This document shows positions 40,099 through 49,815 of a stretch of DNA of 64,000 nucleotides, one piece after another. The DNA lies in assembly GCA_965217585.1 (NCBI GenBank), contig OZ244561.1:5472001-5536000 (forward strand), in the 5' to 3' direction. The translations under genes were made by a program, and so were the position numbers. The first letter of the stretch is position 1, and the number at the start of each line of letters is the position of its first letter. The DNA is from Candidatus Latescibacterota bacterium (GTDB taxonomy: Bacteria > Latescibacterota > UBA2968 > UBA8231). The notes beneath the pieces were generated by a model. It saw only the letters and a program-made list of their open reading frames with translations. It did no database searches and had not been told where the DNA came from.

Positions 40099-40197
40099 CA
40101 CACGAATCGCCCCTACCAACCACGAATCGCCCCTACCAACCATCCACACGAATCGCACCCATCCATTCACACGAATCACCTCTACCATCCACACGAG
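40099..40197 (+). repeat. Degenerate tandem repeats of a REP half-site
   Basis: About five CACGAATC(GCCCCTACCA) units at 20-26 bp period. Confidence 0.75.
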
Positions 40198-40206
40198 GAG
40201 GACACC

Positions 40207-41058
40207 ATGAGACCCGTAGCCATTTTCGCCCTAATCGCCGCTTGGTTCACCGTCGGCACGGCTGCTGCCGTCCCTAGAGGCTTTCCACCCGATACCGACG
40301 GACACCCGACGATCAAGATCGAGGCCGGCGACGAATTGCAACAGGCCGTCGAGGCCATCCCCGTCGAGGCGGACATTTCCATTACCCCCGATCAAGAAGC
40401 CGACCTGCGCGCTTGGCTCTACGATTTCTTAGTCGCCTTTTCCGTCTCGGGCAGCGACAGCCTCGCGGCCGAATTTTACCTGCGCGGAGGCGTCAACCCC
40501 GAAGGAATAGCGGATATAAAAAGGCAACTTGCAGCCATTAAACGGGGTGGCCCCTTAACCGCCCAGCAGCTACAGGCCATGGGGATACAGATGCCCGAGT
40601 TACCCGTTGGCGCGACGCCCTTTGACCTCTTCAAAGCCATGCACCGATTCGGCCTCAACCTAAAGAGGAACGAATCCCATCTAAACAGGCGCGATTACTT
40701 CTTCGGCAACGCCTCCTTTTTCGACAGCGCGTATAGAGTGTTCGAGCTGCAAGGCGACTATTATGAAAGCTATGGGGACTACGCCACGACCCACGGCCTG
40801 CTCCCCATGCGCTATACGGAGTGGTCGCCCGAGCTGAGAGGCGATATTGAGGAAGGGCTAAAGTTGGGCGGACAGTGGGTGGCGGCCGAGTTCATGTTCA
40901 TCGCCGAAGAACCCGAGGAGTTCGCCAGCTTTGCGGAGCCGGTGCGCCACCCATTTTTCGTGCGACTCGTCTGGATCCCAGGGCAAGATATATGGCGTCT
41001 TGTAGAAGCCTTCGCGCCTAATGACGCGCCGGTTCTGTTTCTATTTGATGCCACGTGA
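40207..41058 (+). CDS. Secreted protein of unrecognised family, paralog 2
   Basis: Signal peptide, GAGGAGG RBS, same core motifs. Confidence 0.85.
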   Translation: MRPVAIFALIAAWFTVGTAAAVPRGFPPDTDGHPTIKIEAGDELQQAVEAIPVEADISITPDQEADLRAWLYDFLVAFSVSGSDSLAAEFYLRGGVNPEGIADIKRQLAAIKRGGPLTAQQLQAMGIQMPELPVGATPFDLFKAMHRFGLNLKRNESHLNRRDYFFGNASFFDSAYRVFELQGDYYESYGDYATTHGLLPMRYTEWSPELRGDIEEGLKLGGQWVAAEFMFIAEEPEEFASFAEPVRHPFFVRLVWIPGQDIWRLVEAFAPNDAPVLFLFDAT

Positions 41059-41080
41059 TCCAGCCCTTATAAGCAACACA

Positions 41081-41122
41081 GCAGAGGCGGGCAGTTCATA
41101 GATGGACTGCCCGCGCTTCTGT
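41081..41122 (+). terminator. Hairpin terminator (related copy at 51030-51070)
   Basis: GCGGGCAGTTC-ATAGAT-GGACTGCCCGC stem after paralog 2. Confidence 0.6.
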
Positions 41123-41302
41123 GACCGCCCGCCCCGAAATCTCCCCTGCCTGTCAATCTTCACCATCCACTGAGTCGCATCCCAAACATGGCGCAGACAT
41201 TTCTATCTGCGCTTCCCCGCCCCCGGCTGCCTCGCTTAGATGCACAGGTACTTAGGTATGGGATGCTGAGCGGAGCGAAGCATCTCCTGACCAAGAAGCC
41301 CA

Positions 41303-41362
41303 TGCGATGTTTGGACGCACTAAAAGCGATGATTCGACGCACTTGTGCGATATATTGTCGCA
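41303..41362. promoter_or_regulatory. Three tandem enhancer-binding-protein sites
   Basis: TGCGA-N7-ACGCA (41303), AGCGA-N7-ACGCA (41325) and TGCGA-N7-TCGCA (41346), spaced 22 and 21 bp. Confidence 0.7.
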
Positions 41363-41442
41363 CTTTTAGGATACTAAGGGAACTGTACGAAGGGCCAAAG
41401 AGACGGAGGAGAAATTTAGTCCACTTTTTATAAAGCATTATT

Positions 41443-41455
41443 TATCAATAATTTA
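41443..41455 (+). promoter_or_regulatory. IHF site
   Basis: TATCAATAATTTA matches WATCAANNNNTTR, between the enhancer and the sigma54 promoter. Confidence 0.7.
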
Positions 41456-41505
41456 AACCTATAAAATCGAAGGAGTCGGCGCGATTGGCGACCACCAGCC
41501 ACTCA

Positions 41506-41522
41506 TTGGTACGATAGTTGCA
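41506..41522 (+). promoter_or_regulatory. sigma54 -24/-12 promoter
   Basis: TTGGTACGATAGTTGCA. Confidence 0.85.
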
Positions 41523-41572
41523 ATAGCCCTGACAGAAGCAACAACCCACACTCTTCCCTGAAGGAGGGCATC

Positions 41573-42469
41573 ATGCAACCCGTAGCCATTCGCACCCTGT
41601 ACCTCGCCCTGATCACCGCTTGGTTCGCCGTCTCCAGCACAGCTACTGCCGAGCCTAAAAGCCAGTACGGCGGCTTTTCCCCCGATGCCGACGGTCACCA
41701 AGCCTATCTCGACTACATCAACGGCTTGGAGATGATCCAAGTCGAAGCCGGAGCCGAGTTGCAGCAGGCCGTCGAGGCCATCCCCGTCGAGCCGGGTGTC
41801 CCCATCACCCCCGAGCAAGAAGCCGACCTGCGCACTTGGCTCTACGACTTTCTCGTCGCCTTTTCCGTCTCTGGCAGCGACAGCCTCGCCGCTACTTTCT
41901 ACTTGCGCGAAGGTGTCGATGACCCGGACCAGATACAGCGGATGAAAAAGGACTTGGAAAGCGGTCCCAGTCTCAAAGATAAAGCCGCACTAAAAGCACT
42001 AAAGGCGGTGGGGATAAGTATCCCCATCCCCGAGCCGGTCCCCGATGCGGGCGATACGCCCCTTGCCATTTTAAAAACCCAGCACAGGCAAATCCTCTAC
42101 ATGAAGGGACGCGATTACTTCTTCAGCAACATCTCCTTTTTCGACAGCAAGTACAGCGTGTTCGAATTACAAGGAGAGTATGAGAGCTATGTAGACTACA
42201 TCAAGACCCACGGCCTGCTTCCCATGGGCTATATGGGTTCGTTTCCCATGGGAAACGAGATTGAGGAAGCTCTACAGGCCGGCGAAAAGTGGGTGGCGGC
42301 CCAATTCATGTTCATCTTTGCAGAGCCTGAAGAGGCCGCCGACTTTGAAAAGGGGCCGATGCGCTGCCCGTTTTTCGTGCGACTCGTCTGGAGCCCAGAG
42401 AAGGCTACGTGGTGCCTTGCAGAAATCGTCATGCCGAATAACGCGCCGGTTCAGTTTTCATTCTTGTAG
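41573..42469 (+). CDS. Secreted protein of unrecognised family, paralog 3
   Basis: Signal peptide and same core motifs. First gene of the exporter operon. Confidence 0.85.
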   Translation: MQPVAIRTLYLALITAWFAVSSTATAEPKSQYGGFSPDADGHQAYLDYINGLEMIQVEAGAELQQAVEAIPVEPGVPITPEQEADLRTWLYDFLVAFSVSGSDSLAATFYLREGVDDPDQIQRMKKDLESGPSLKDKAALKALKAVGISIPIPEPVPDAGDTPLAILKTQHRQILYMKGRDYFFSNISFFDSKYSVFELQGEYESYVDYIKTHGLLPMGYMGSFPMGNEIEEALQAGEKWVAAQFMFIFAEPEEAADFEKGPMRCPFFVRLVWSPEKATWCLAEIVMPNNAPVQFSFL

Positions 42470-42544
42470 CCCACGCGAAAGTTCGGAGACCGCCTCCGAG
42501 ACAACGCTATCAGCCTGAAAAGACGAACAAACAGGAGCCGCGCC

Positions 42545-44116
42545 ATGATAGGCATTGTATTCAAAAAAGAGATGCTCAGCCATCTGCTCAGCCAGCGCTT
42601 CGCCGCTTGCACCGTACTCGCCGTCGTGCTGATCATCGCCAATGGCGTCCTCACCAGCCAGACCTATGTCCACAAAAAGGCCAGCTATCTCACACAGCGG
42701 GCCGTTGAGGAAACCAAACTGCACGAAATCACCTATTATTCGGTCCTAGGCTGGGACTGGTTGATGTCGCCTAACGCGGGTTTCAAGCCAAAGGCGGCTC
42801 CACGCGCTCTACGGGCCCCGCGCCCCCTAGCGGTGTTCGCTCAAGGTGCCGAACGACAGGCAGGACAGGCGGTCAAGGTGATGCTCTTCAACGTGCCCTA
42901 CCAAGCCGAGGAGGTCTCGCCCTTCCAGTCGAGCAACCCCTACCTCGCCATCTTTGCCTTCTTCGACATGGTGTACATCTTCCAACTCGTGCTCGGCTTG
43001 CTGGCCGTCCTCATCGCCAGCGAGGCCATCTCCGGTGAGAAGGAAGACGGCACCCTGCGGCTGATGCTAACGACCAACGTCAGCCGTGCCCAAGTCCTCG
43101 TCGGCAAGATCCTCGCTGGCCTGACGACGCTGGCTATTCCGGCGGCCTTGGGCTTTATCCTGCTGACGATCTTGCTATTGGGCACTGAGAACATCGAAGT
43201 CGGGGTCGGCGAGTGGGTGCGGGTGGGTCTGCTGTTCGCGCTATCGCTGCTGTATCTGCTGGTGTTTTACCTGATTGGGCTGGTGATCTCGTGTGCGACC
43301 CACCGCTCGGCAACCAGCTTGATTTACGCGCTGTTTGCGTGGGCGTTGCTGGCGATTGTGCTGCCCAACAGCATCTCAGCCTTGCTCAACGAGCAGGCCA
43401 ACATGGGTGAAAAACATGCCCAAGCCCACCACAAGGCCGCACAAGTGTGGAAGGAGTTCGATCAGGAGGTCACGGACCTCGCTCGGGCGCACGGCCAGAC
43501 CAAGTACTTTCCCACAGACATGGTCGAGCATGTCCATACGGAGGGACGCGGAACTGTAATCTATCGTGCCGGAACTGAAACCTACTCCAAAAGAGACGGG
43601 CAGATGCCCAAGATATATTTATCTAACGTCGCCGATTCACCCTCGCTTGCGAAATTCCAAGACATCGTCCGCAGCGGCGAGCGGTTGCGATTGCAGTACG
43701 CCCAGCGCGCCTGGAACGAAAAGGCCCCCCTCATTGAAGGCTTCCCCCGCCGCATCGAACGATGGAATGACCAACTCCAACGCCTCTTTCCCGCTGGTGC
43801 CTTCGCTCAAGCCGCTAGTGCCTTCGCCGGCACCAGCCGACGCGAATACTACGACTTTATCGACCAAGTGCGCGCCTATCGCGGGCAGATCATCACCTTT
43901 CTCGAAGACCGCGACGCATTTGGTTCCCGCGAGTGGTTCAACGACGACGAAGGCTGGCGCGCTGACCTGCGCGACCTGCCGAGGTTTCACGAGCACGCCT
44001 GGACGACCGTCGAGAGCTTGAGCTACGCTTTGCCGGCTCTAACGGCTCTGCTGCTCTATGCGGCCGTGCTCTTTGTCCTCGCTAATCGGCTCTTCGCGCG
44101 CTACGATGCCATGTGA
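42545..44116 (+). CDS. ABC-2 type permease with large extracytoplasmic loops
   Basis: IVFKKEM..L.S.RF start, EAISGEKEDGTLRLML, VLVGK. Confidence 0.88.
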   Translation: MIGIVFKKEMLSHLLSQRFAACTVLAVVLIIANGVLTSQTYVHKKASYLTQRAVEETKLHEITYYSVLGWDWLMSPNAGFKPKAAPRALRAPRPLAVFAQGAERQAGQAVKVMLFNVPYQAEEVSPFQSSNPYLAIFAFFDMVYIFQLVLGLLAVLIASEAISGEKEDGTLRLMLTTNVSRAQVLVGKILAGLTTLAIPAALGFILLTILLLGTENIEVGVGEWVRVGLLFALSLLYLLVFYLIGLVISCATHRSATSLIYALFAWALLAIVLPNSISALLNEQANMGEKHAQAHHKAAQVWKEFDQEVTDLARAHGQTKYFPTDMVEHVHTEGRGTVIYRAGTETYSKRDGQMPKIYLSNVADSPSLAKFQDIVRSGERLRLQYAQRAWNEKAPLIEGFPRRIERWNDQLQRLFPAGAFAQAASAFAGTSRREYYDFIDQVRAYRGQIITFLEDRDAFGSREWFNDDEGWRADLRDLPRFHEHAWTTVESLSYALPALTALLLYAAVLFVLANRLFARYDAM

Positions 44117-44147
44117 GTGACCCAAATTATAAAGAAGGAGTCATCTG

Positions 44148-45602
44148 ATGCTAGCAGCTATCGTAAAACGCGAACTGATTGACCACCTCATCAGCCTGCG
44201 TTTTGGCTTAGCCCTCGTGTTGACGGTGGGGTTAATGGTGCTCAACGCGCTCGGCTTTGTCGGAGGCTCGTACGAGTTCAGACGCGACCACTATCTCGAA
44301 CAGGTCCAAGCCGAGCAAGAGGTGCGGCGCAGCAACGCTCAACGGGGCCTGTGGAAGCTGATCCTCCACGGGGGACAGAACTATATCTATAAAAAACCAA
44401 GTGCCCTCATGTTCTGCGCCGCTGGTGCCAACGATGCCCTACCCGAACGCTTCAGGACAGCGGGAGGAGAAACCACCTACAATGGCACCAAATTCTACAG
44501 TCCCTTTGTACTCGTCTATTGGGACATCATAGACATCTGGGCACCGAAGGCCAGCCAACTGCTGGAGACCCAAGCCACCGACTGGGTCTTTATCATCGGC
44601 GTCCTGCTCAGCCTCATGGCCTTGTTGTTCACCTTTGACGCCTTCATCGGCGAAAAAGAGCGCGGCACCCTCAAACTGGTCATGGCCCAAAGCCTGCCGC
44701 GCCACACCCTCCTACTGGGCAAATTCCTCGGCGCAATGCTGGCCCTCGCGATCGTGTTGAGCATCGCCATCATCGTCAATTTACTCATCGTCCTCGCGTT
44801 GTCGAAGGTGAACTTGGGCCTCGTCGAGGCCGGGCGCTTGGTTGGCATAGTCGGCCTATCGCTACTCTACCTCGCCTGCTTTGTCGGCTTGGGGCTGTGG
44901 GTGTCGATACGGAGCAGCACCACGCGCTCTAGCCTGGTGGGAGTGCTATTGCTGTGGACCTGCGGGGCGTTGCTCTGGCCAGCCACTGGCGGCGCACTAG
45001 CCGCCCGTGTGTTCGTCAGCGAATTCGAGGAGGAGCTAACACTAGGGTTGGGCTTCGCAAACTTCTATAACACGCCAGCCGACCAAAAACTCATTCATCT
45101 TAAGAACCGTTTGCGGAATCGCGATCTGAGAAAACCCGAGAAAGTGCGCCAGTTGGCCGACGCCCAACGCGCCGTGCGCCAGCTCCACCAAGACCGAGAA
45201 GACCGCTTTTTGGCTCACAGCCTCGGCGAGGTCGAAAAAGCCCGCCACATCGTGCGCCTGTCGCCGACGGGCTGTTTTCAGTACGGCATGGAGGCCCTCG
45301 CCGGCACCGGACTAGCGCGCCATCGCAGCTTCGTCGAGCAAACGCGCACCTACGTCCAGCAATTCGAGCAGACCATGCTAAACCTCGACCGCGACGATCC
45401 CAAAAGCATGCACATCCACCTCGTCGCCCAGGGGCTGTCGAAGCAGAAAATCGATCCCGACACCTTACCCGTTTTCACCGAGAACCTGTCGGCGACAACC
45501 TTGCTGCGTCACGCCGTCGTCGATGTGATCGGCCTATTTTTCTTCGCCGTTCTCACGTACATGCTGGCCTACCGGTCGTGGCTGCGTGCCAGCATTATCT
45601 AA
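44148..45602 (+). CDS. ABC-2 type permease (second subunit)
   Basis: IVKRELIDHL.S.RF, DAFIGEKERGTLKLV, LLLGKF. Confidence 0.88.
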   Translation: MLAAIVKRELIDHLISLRFGLALVLTVGLMVLNALGFVGGSYEFRRDHYLEQVQAEQEVRRSNAQRGLWKLILHGGQNYIYKKPSALMFCAAGANDALPERFRTAGGETTYNGTKFYSPFVLVYWDIIDIWAPKASQLLETQATDWVFIIGVLLSLMALLFTFDAFIGEKERGTLKLVMAQSLPRHTLLLGKFLGAMLALAIVLSIAIIVNLLIVLALSKVNLGLVEAGRLVGIVGLSLLYLACFVGLGLWVSIRSSTTRSSLVGVLLLWTCGALLWPATGGALAARVFVSEFEEELTLGLGFANFYNTPADQKLIHLKNRLRNRDLRKPEKVRQLADAQRAVRQLHQDREDRFLAHSLGEVEKARHIVRLSPTGCFQYGMEALAGTGLARHRSFVEQTRTYVQQFEQTMLNLDRDDPKSMHIHLVAQGLSKQKIDPDTLPVFTENLSATTLLRHAVVDVIGLFFFAVLTYMLAYRSWLRASII

Positions 45603-45614
45603 AGGAGTACAGCA

Positions 45615-47126
45615 ATGTCTTTGATCTTCTACATCTTCGGACTGCTGCTGTGCGCCCTCGCGGCCCAAGCCGAAAACTTGACCAAGGAACAGCAGCGCAT
45701 CCTGCTCGACCTCCAAGAGGCCCACTTAATTCTAGAGCAGGCCAAAGCGCGCGAGGCCGAAGTCGAAATCGAGCACGAGCAGATGATCGGCCTCAAGGAG
45801 CGCGGCGTGGTCACCGGCCAAGAGCTACGCATGGCCCGCGAGCGCTACGAGCGCGCCCGCCAAGAGCGGCAACGGGCCGACTTAAACCTACAGCGCGCCT
45901 TCCTCAACTCGCTGGCCGACGCCACCCATCTGACGGTCGTCAACGGCCAAAAGTACGGCGTCGAAGGCGACAAGGTGCGCGTGCGGCTCACCTTGCGCAA
46001 CGACTCGGATCTCCACTTGGCGCAAATGGTCGATCAGGCCCGCCGGCGCTACGAGATCAACGGCCTCGACCAAGACGCCGCGTCGCTGTTGCAGGTGAAC
46101 AACATCTTCGTCACCATCCTCGCCGACCACGTCATGGTCGGCCGGCCCTACCAAGTCCACATCCCCGTGCTAGCTCTCGGCGAGGAAGTCGAAGTCGAGG
46201 TCGGCTTGCAGCGTCCCGAGGTCGAGGACCTCACGGTGCAACTCCAATACCTCAACCGCACGGACGAGCACGTCATTCACCTAGAAAAGGCTTCGGCCCG
46301 CGACGTAGTGCGCGTGTACGCCACCCAGTTCTCTCAAGAAGGTCCTTTGGGCAACTCGGTGGCGTACGAGCTACAGCTAGAGCGGCTGGCCGAAGACGAA
46401 AAGATTTTCCAGCTCATGGCGCACGGACTGCCAGACGACTTCCGCTGGGAGTTCGAGAGCGGGGGCCGCAACCTGTCGCGGCTGCGCTTTTCCCGCGACC
46501 ACTCCAGCGACTCGCTCATACTCAACGTGTACGTCCCCGAACAGGCCGCGAGCTTTGCGGTGGATCAGCCGATCCTATTCTCGGTGCTGGCCTACGAGCC
46601 AAAGACCGTGGACACAGAGGTTTTGGCCGCGGCCGACCCAGAGCGCTTGCAAGCCATGGGCATTGGCTACGAACAACTGCAACTGGTGCCCACGGGCCGC
46701 GCCGAATTGGAACTGACCACCCTCAATCTCGACCTCTCCGTGAATGGCGAAGGCGAGTCGCAGTCCGTTTGGCATCTACGCAACCTCGGCACGGTTGAAT
46801 TGCTCGACATCCGCCTGCAAGCCCTCTCACCACCCGGCTGGGAGGTCGTCTTTGAGCCGCAGGAAATCGCCCTGCTCCCGCCGCGCGAGGAAATAGAAGC
46901 CGTGCTGACCGTGCGGCCCATCAACAGCGCCGAAATCGGACGCTACGAAGTCAAGACCAGCGCGAGCACCCAGCACAAGGGGCAGTGGGTCGAGTCGGTC
47001 GAGCGCACCGTCAACATAAACATCAAGAGCGATGGGTCGTTTTGGGGCATAACGGGGTTGGTGATCTTGCTGGTGAGCATCGTGCTGGGCATCGCCGTCT
47101 TCACCGTGCAATGGAGCAAGCGATGA
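45615..47126 (+). CDS. Exported coiled-coil + Ig-like/NEW3-domain protein with C-terminal membrane anchor
   Basis: Signal peptide, helical hairpin, LRNLGTVELLDIRL...PPGWEV.FEP..I..L.P (NEW3-like), C-terminal TM helix. Confidence 0.7.
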   Translation: MSLIFYIFGLLLCALAAQAENLTKEQQRILLDLQEAHLILEQAKAREAEVEIEHEQMIGLKERGVVTGQELRMARERYERARQERQRADLNLQRAFLNSLADATHLTVVNGQKYGVEGDKVRVRLTLRNDSDLHLAQMVDQARRRYEINGLDQDAASLLQVNNIFVTILADHVMVGRPYQVHIPVLALGEEVEVEVGLQRPEVEDLTVQLQYLNRTDEHVIHLEKASARDVVRVYATQFSQEGPLGNSVAYELQLERLAEDEKIFQLMAHGLPDDFRWEFESGGRNLSRLRFSRDHSSDSLILNVYVPEQAASFAVDQPILFSVLAYEPKTVDTEVLAAADPERLQAMGIGYEQLQLVPTGRAELELTTLNLDLSVNGEGESQSVWHLRNLGTVELLDIRLQALSPPGWEVVFEPQEIALLPPREEIEAVLTVRPINSAEIGRYEVKTSASTQHKGQWVESVERTVNINIKSDGSFWGITGLVILLVSIVLGIAVFTVQWSKR

Positions 47127-48514
47127 CGGCTTATCGATCAGCCTTGGCAGCCCTCTGCTGCTTGACGAGCATCGTCCACGCAGAGGAGTGGGATCTAACG
47201 ACTTGTCAGCGCGAAGCGGGCCACCACAGCCCAGTACTCGGAGCGGCCCGCGCCCGCTGGAACCAGATGGCGGCACGCACCCGCCTCGATTATGCCGAGC
47301 AACTCCCGACCATCGGCCTGAACGCGGATTACGAGCGCAGCGAATTCGCCGACGCGAACGCACCAGAGGCCGACCAACGCGAGCTTTTCTTGCAAGCCCA
47401 GCAAGAGATCGTGCGCTACGGAGCCACCACCCCATCGCGCTTTGCCGCCAAGCACCGGGAGCAGGCAGAAAAGGCGCGCTACCGCGAGGCCATCATCGCC
47501 GTGGATAGCAAGGTGCGCCAAGCGTATTACCGCCTGCTGCTAACGCGCGACGAGATCGCCAGCCGCGACGAGTTGCTCGCCTACTTCCGCGCTAAAATGG
47601 ATCGGGTGCAAACGCGCCTCGACGCTGGCTTGGCACGGCCCGTAGAGCTGCACGAGGCCGAGCTAGAGGTATTGGAGGAGCAGACGCGGATCAACAACCT
47701 CCAGCGCGAGTTGCGCGCCCTGCATCTGAAGCTCTTCACCGAGATCGGCCTCGTGGGCAAACGCTCGCTCCGCGACATCGAGGTCGTCGGCCCGCCCTAC
47801 GAGCAACTACAGCTACTCGACCCCAGCGAAGAGGACCTGTCCGTCCTCATCGAGGAAGCGCGCACCAACCGGCCCTACCTCGCCGAACTCGTCTGGCAAA
47901 TAGGCCAACAGCAGCACCAAGCGCGCAGTATTTTCTGGCAGTGGCTGCCCCACGTCGGCCTGCAACTGACCAAGGATTTCCAAGACACCGACCTCGGCTT
48001 GAACTGGAGCGGCAACGGCCAAACTTGGAAGCTGGTAGGATCCGGTCGTCGCTCGCTCGCCAGTGAGGGCTTGGACCCCGCACTGGACATGGGCGAGAAC
48101 TGGCGCGTGATGGCCAACGTGTCGCTGCCCCTGTTCCAAGGCGGTCGGCGGTTGGCGCAAGGGACCGAGGAGCGGGCGCGGCTCCACGAACTGCACCAAG
48201 ACCGCGACCAGACCCGCAACTTGATTGAACTCGAAGTGGTCGAGGCGTTTTACGCTTTGAAAAGTCGGCGGGAAAACACGCAGATTCTGCGCCGACGCGC
48301 CGATGTAGCCCGCCAGCGTTTGGACACAGTCGAAGAGCTGTTTGAAAACGCCATGGGCTACCTCAACTTCGACGACATCCGCCGCCAGCGGGTCGCCGTC
48401 AACTTCGCCGAGCAGAGCTATTTTGCCGAGCGCTTGGCTTACATCCTCGCGGCTGAAGAGCTGCGGCGGGTACTGGGCCGCGCCCTCAACAGCGAGTTTT
48501 ACAAAACCCCTTGA
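47123..48514 (+). CDS. TolC-family outer membrane efflux protein
   Basis: Signal peptide, VRQAYYRLL, AGLARPVELHEAE, VSLPLFQGG. Confidence 0.85.
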   Translation: MTAYRSALAALCCLTSIVHAEEWDLTTCQREAGHHSPVLGAARARWNQMAARTRLDYAEQLPTIGLNADYERSEFADANAPEADQRELFLQAQQEIVRYGATTPSRFAAKHREQAEKARYREAIIAVDSKVRQAYYRLLLTRDEIASRDELLAYFRAKMDRVQTRLDAGLARPVELHEAELEVLEEQTRINNLQRELRALHLKLFTEIGLVGKRSLRDIEVVGPPYEQLQLLDPSEEDLSVLIEEARTNRPYLAELVWQIGQQQHQARSIFWQWLPHVGLQLTKDFQDTDLGLNWSGNGQTWKLVGSGRRSLASEGLDPALDMGENWRVMANVSLPLFQGGRRLAQGTEERARLHELHQDRDQTRNLIELEVVEAFYALKSRRENTQILRRRADVARQRLDTVEELFENAMGYLNFDDIRRQRVAVNFAEQSYFAERLAYILAAEELRRVLGRALNSEFYKTP

Positions 48515-48528
48515 GAAAGGATCGCATC

Positions 48529-49251
48529 ATGTTGGAGATCATCGGACTTTCCAAGCACTACGGTGACGTCAAAGCAGTCACCGACCTCAACCTGACCATC
48601 GAAGGCGGCGAGATCTTCACCATGCTCGGGGCCAACGGTGCCGGCAAGACGACCACCTTGATGGTCGCATTGGGCTTTACCGATCCCACCCAAGGGACGG
48701 TCAAGCTGTGCGGCATCGACATCACCGAGCAGCCCTTAGAGGCCAAAAAGCACGTGGCCTATGTCTCGGAAAACGTCATGCTCTACGGCAACTTTAGCGC
48801 GCGGCAGAACTTGGACTTCTTTACCCGCTTGAGCGGCCAGCCACCCCAAGACTCCGAGCACTACGACGAGATCATGGCACGCGTCGGCCTGCAACAGGAG
48901 GCATTCGACCGGCGGGTCAAGGAGTTTTCCAAGGGGATGCGCCAGAAGCTGGGGATTGCCATTGCCATTGCCAAGGACGCCCGCATCGTGTTGCTCGACG
49001 AGCCTACGTCGGGCCTCGATCCCAAGTCCGGGGCCGAGTTTTTGGAGCTGTTGGATGAGCTACGCAACGAGGGCAAGGCCATCTGGATGACCACCCACGA
49101 CGTATTCCGCGCCCGCGTGATCGCCGACCGGCTCGGCATCATGGTCGAGGGCCACCTCGTCAAGACGCTCACCCGCGACGAATTCCAGGAAGCCGACTTG
49201 GAACGCCTCTACGTCGAATACGTAGAACGGCCCGTCCTGCCAGCAGCCTAG
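48529..49251 (+). CDS. ABC transporter ATP-binding protein
   Basis: GANGAGKTT, FSKGMRQK, LLDEPTSGLDP. Confidence 0.95.
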   Translation: MLEIIGLSKHYGDVKAVTDLNLTIEGGEIFTMLGANGAGKTTTLMVALGFTDPTQGTVKLCGIDITEQPLEAKKHVAYVSENVMLYGNFSARQNLDFFTRLSGQPPQDSEHYDEIMARVGLQQEAFDRRVKEFSKGMRQKLGIAIAIAKDARIVLLDEPTSGLDPKSGAEFLELLDELRNEGKAIWMTTHDVFRARVIADRLGIMVEGHLVKTLTRDEFQEADLERLYVEYVERPVLPAA

Positions 49252-49269
49252 GATGGGAGAGGGCGCGTG

Positions 49270-49403
49270 AAGGGATACCAAGGCCAATTTGGGCTGTGGT
49301 CCGATACCGGCACGCCCAAGGCCGACTTCCACCGCGCCACCCAGTTCGGCATCCTCACCTTCCCGGACGCCATCGTCGGCCGCTGAAGCACTGCGGCGAC
49401 TGG
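49270..49403 (+). repeat. CBM9-gene 3' end, copy 2
   Basis: 134-bp ungapped match to 35083-35216. Confidence 0.93.
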
Positions 49404-49748
49404 ACGCTTCTAAAAGGGTAGCCCACTTCCTCGTCAAAATCCCGCTACCCTTCAACCCGCACCAGCCGCCGACTCCCAAACGTGCTGCAGATATTCCATC
49501 TGCGATTCCGCCCATTCCGCATCAACTAACCCCTACTGTCCGCTAGCGAACACCTGCTGTCCGCTGGCGCACAGTGATTCGATAATCAAAACGGCAGATA
49601 CCGCCAGATCTAGAGTATTAAGGGATGACAGAAGGGATTTGAGAGGTGGACGAAAAATTATCTTATTTTTTATAAAGCATTGTTTAACAGAAATTTAGAT
49701 GTATAAATTCAAAGAAATCGACGCGATTGGCGACCGCTGGCCCCTTCA

Positions 49749-49764
49749 TTGGCACGATAGTTGC
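49749..49764 (+). promoter_or_regulatory. sigma54 -24/-12 promoter
   Basis: TTGGCACGATAGTTGC, with the conserved upstream block at 49530-49579. Confidence 0.9.
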
Positions 49765-49815
49765 GATAGTCCTCACTGAAGCAGCAACCCACACTCTTCC
49801 ATCAAGGAGGGCATC

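Noticed and set aside
40099-40197. Short repeats as a possible CRISPR array
   Set aside because: Units are 20-26 bp, degenerate, have no unique spacers and derive from the adjacent REP. No cas genes are present.
45578-46798. 406-aa Arg/Pro-rich ORF
   Set aside because: Alternative frame over the NEW3-domain gene, with composition typical of off-frame GC-rich sequence.
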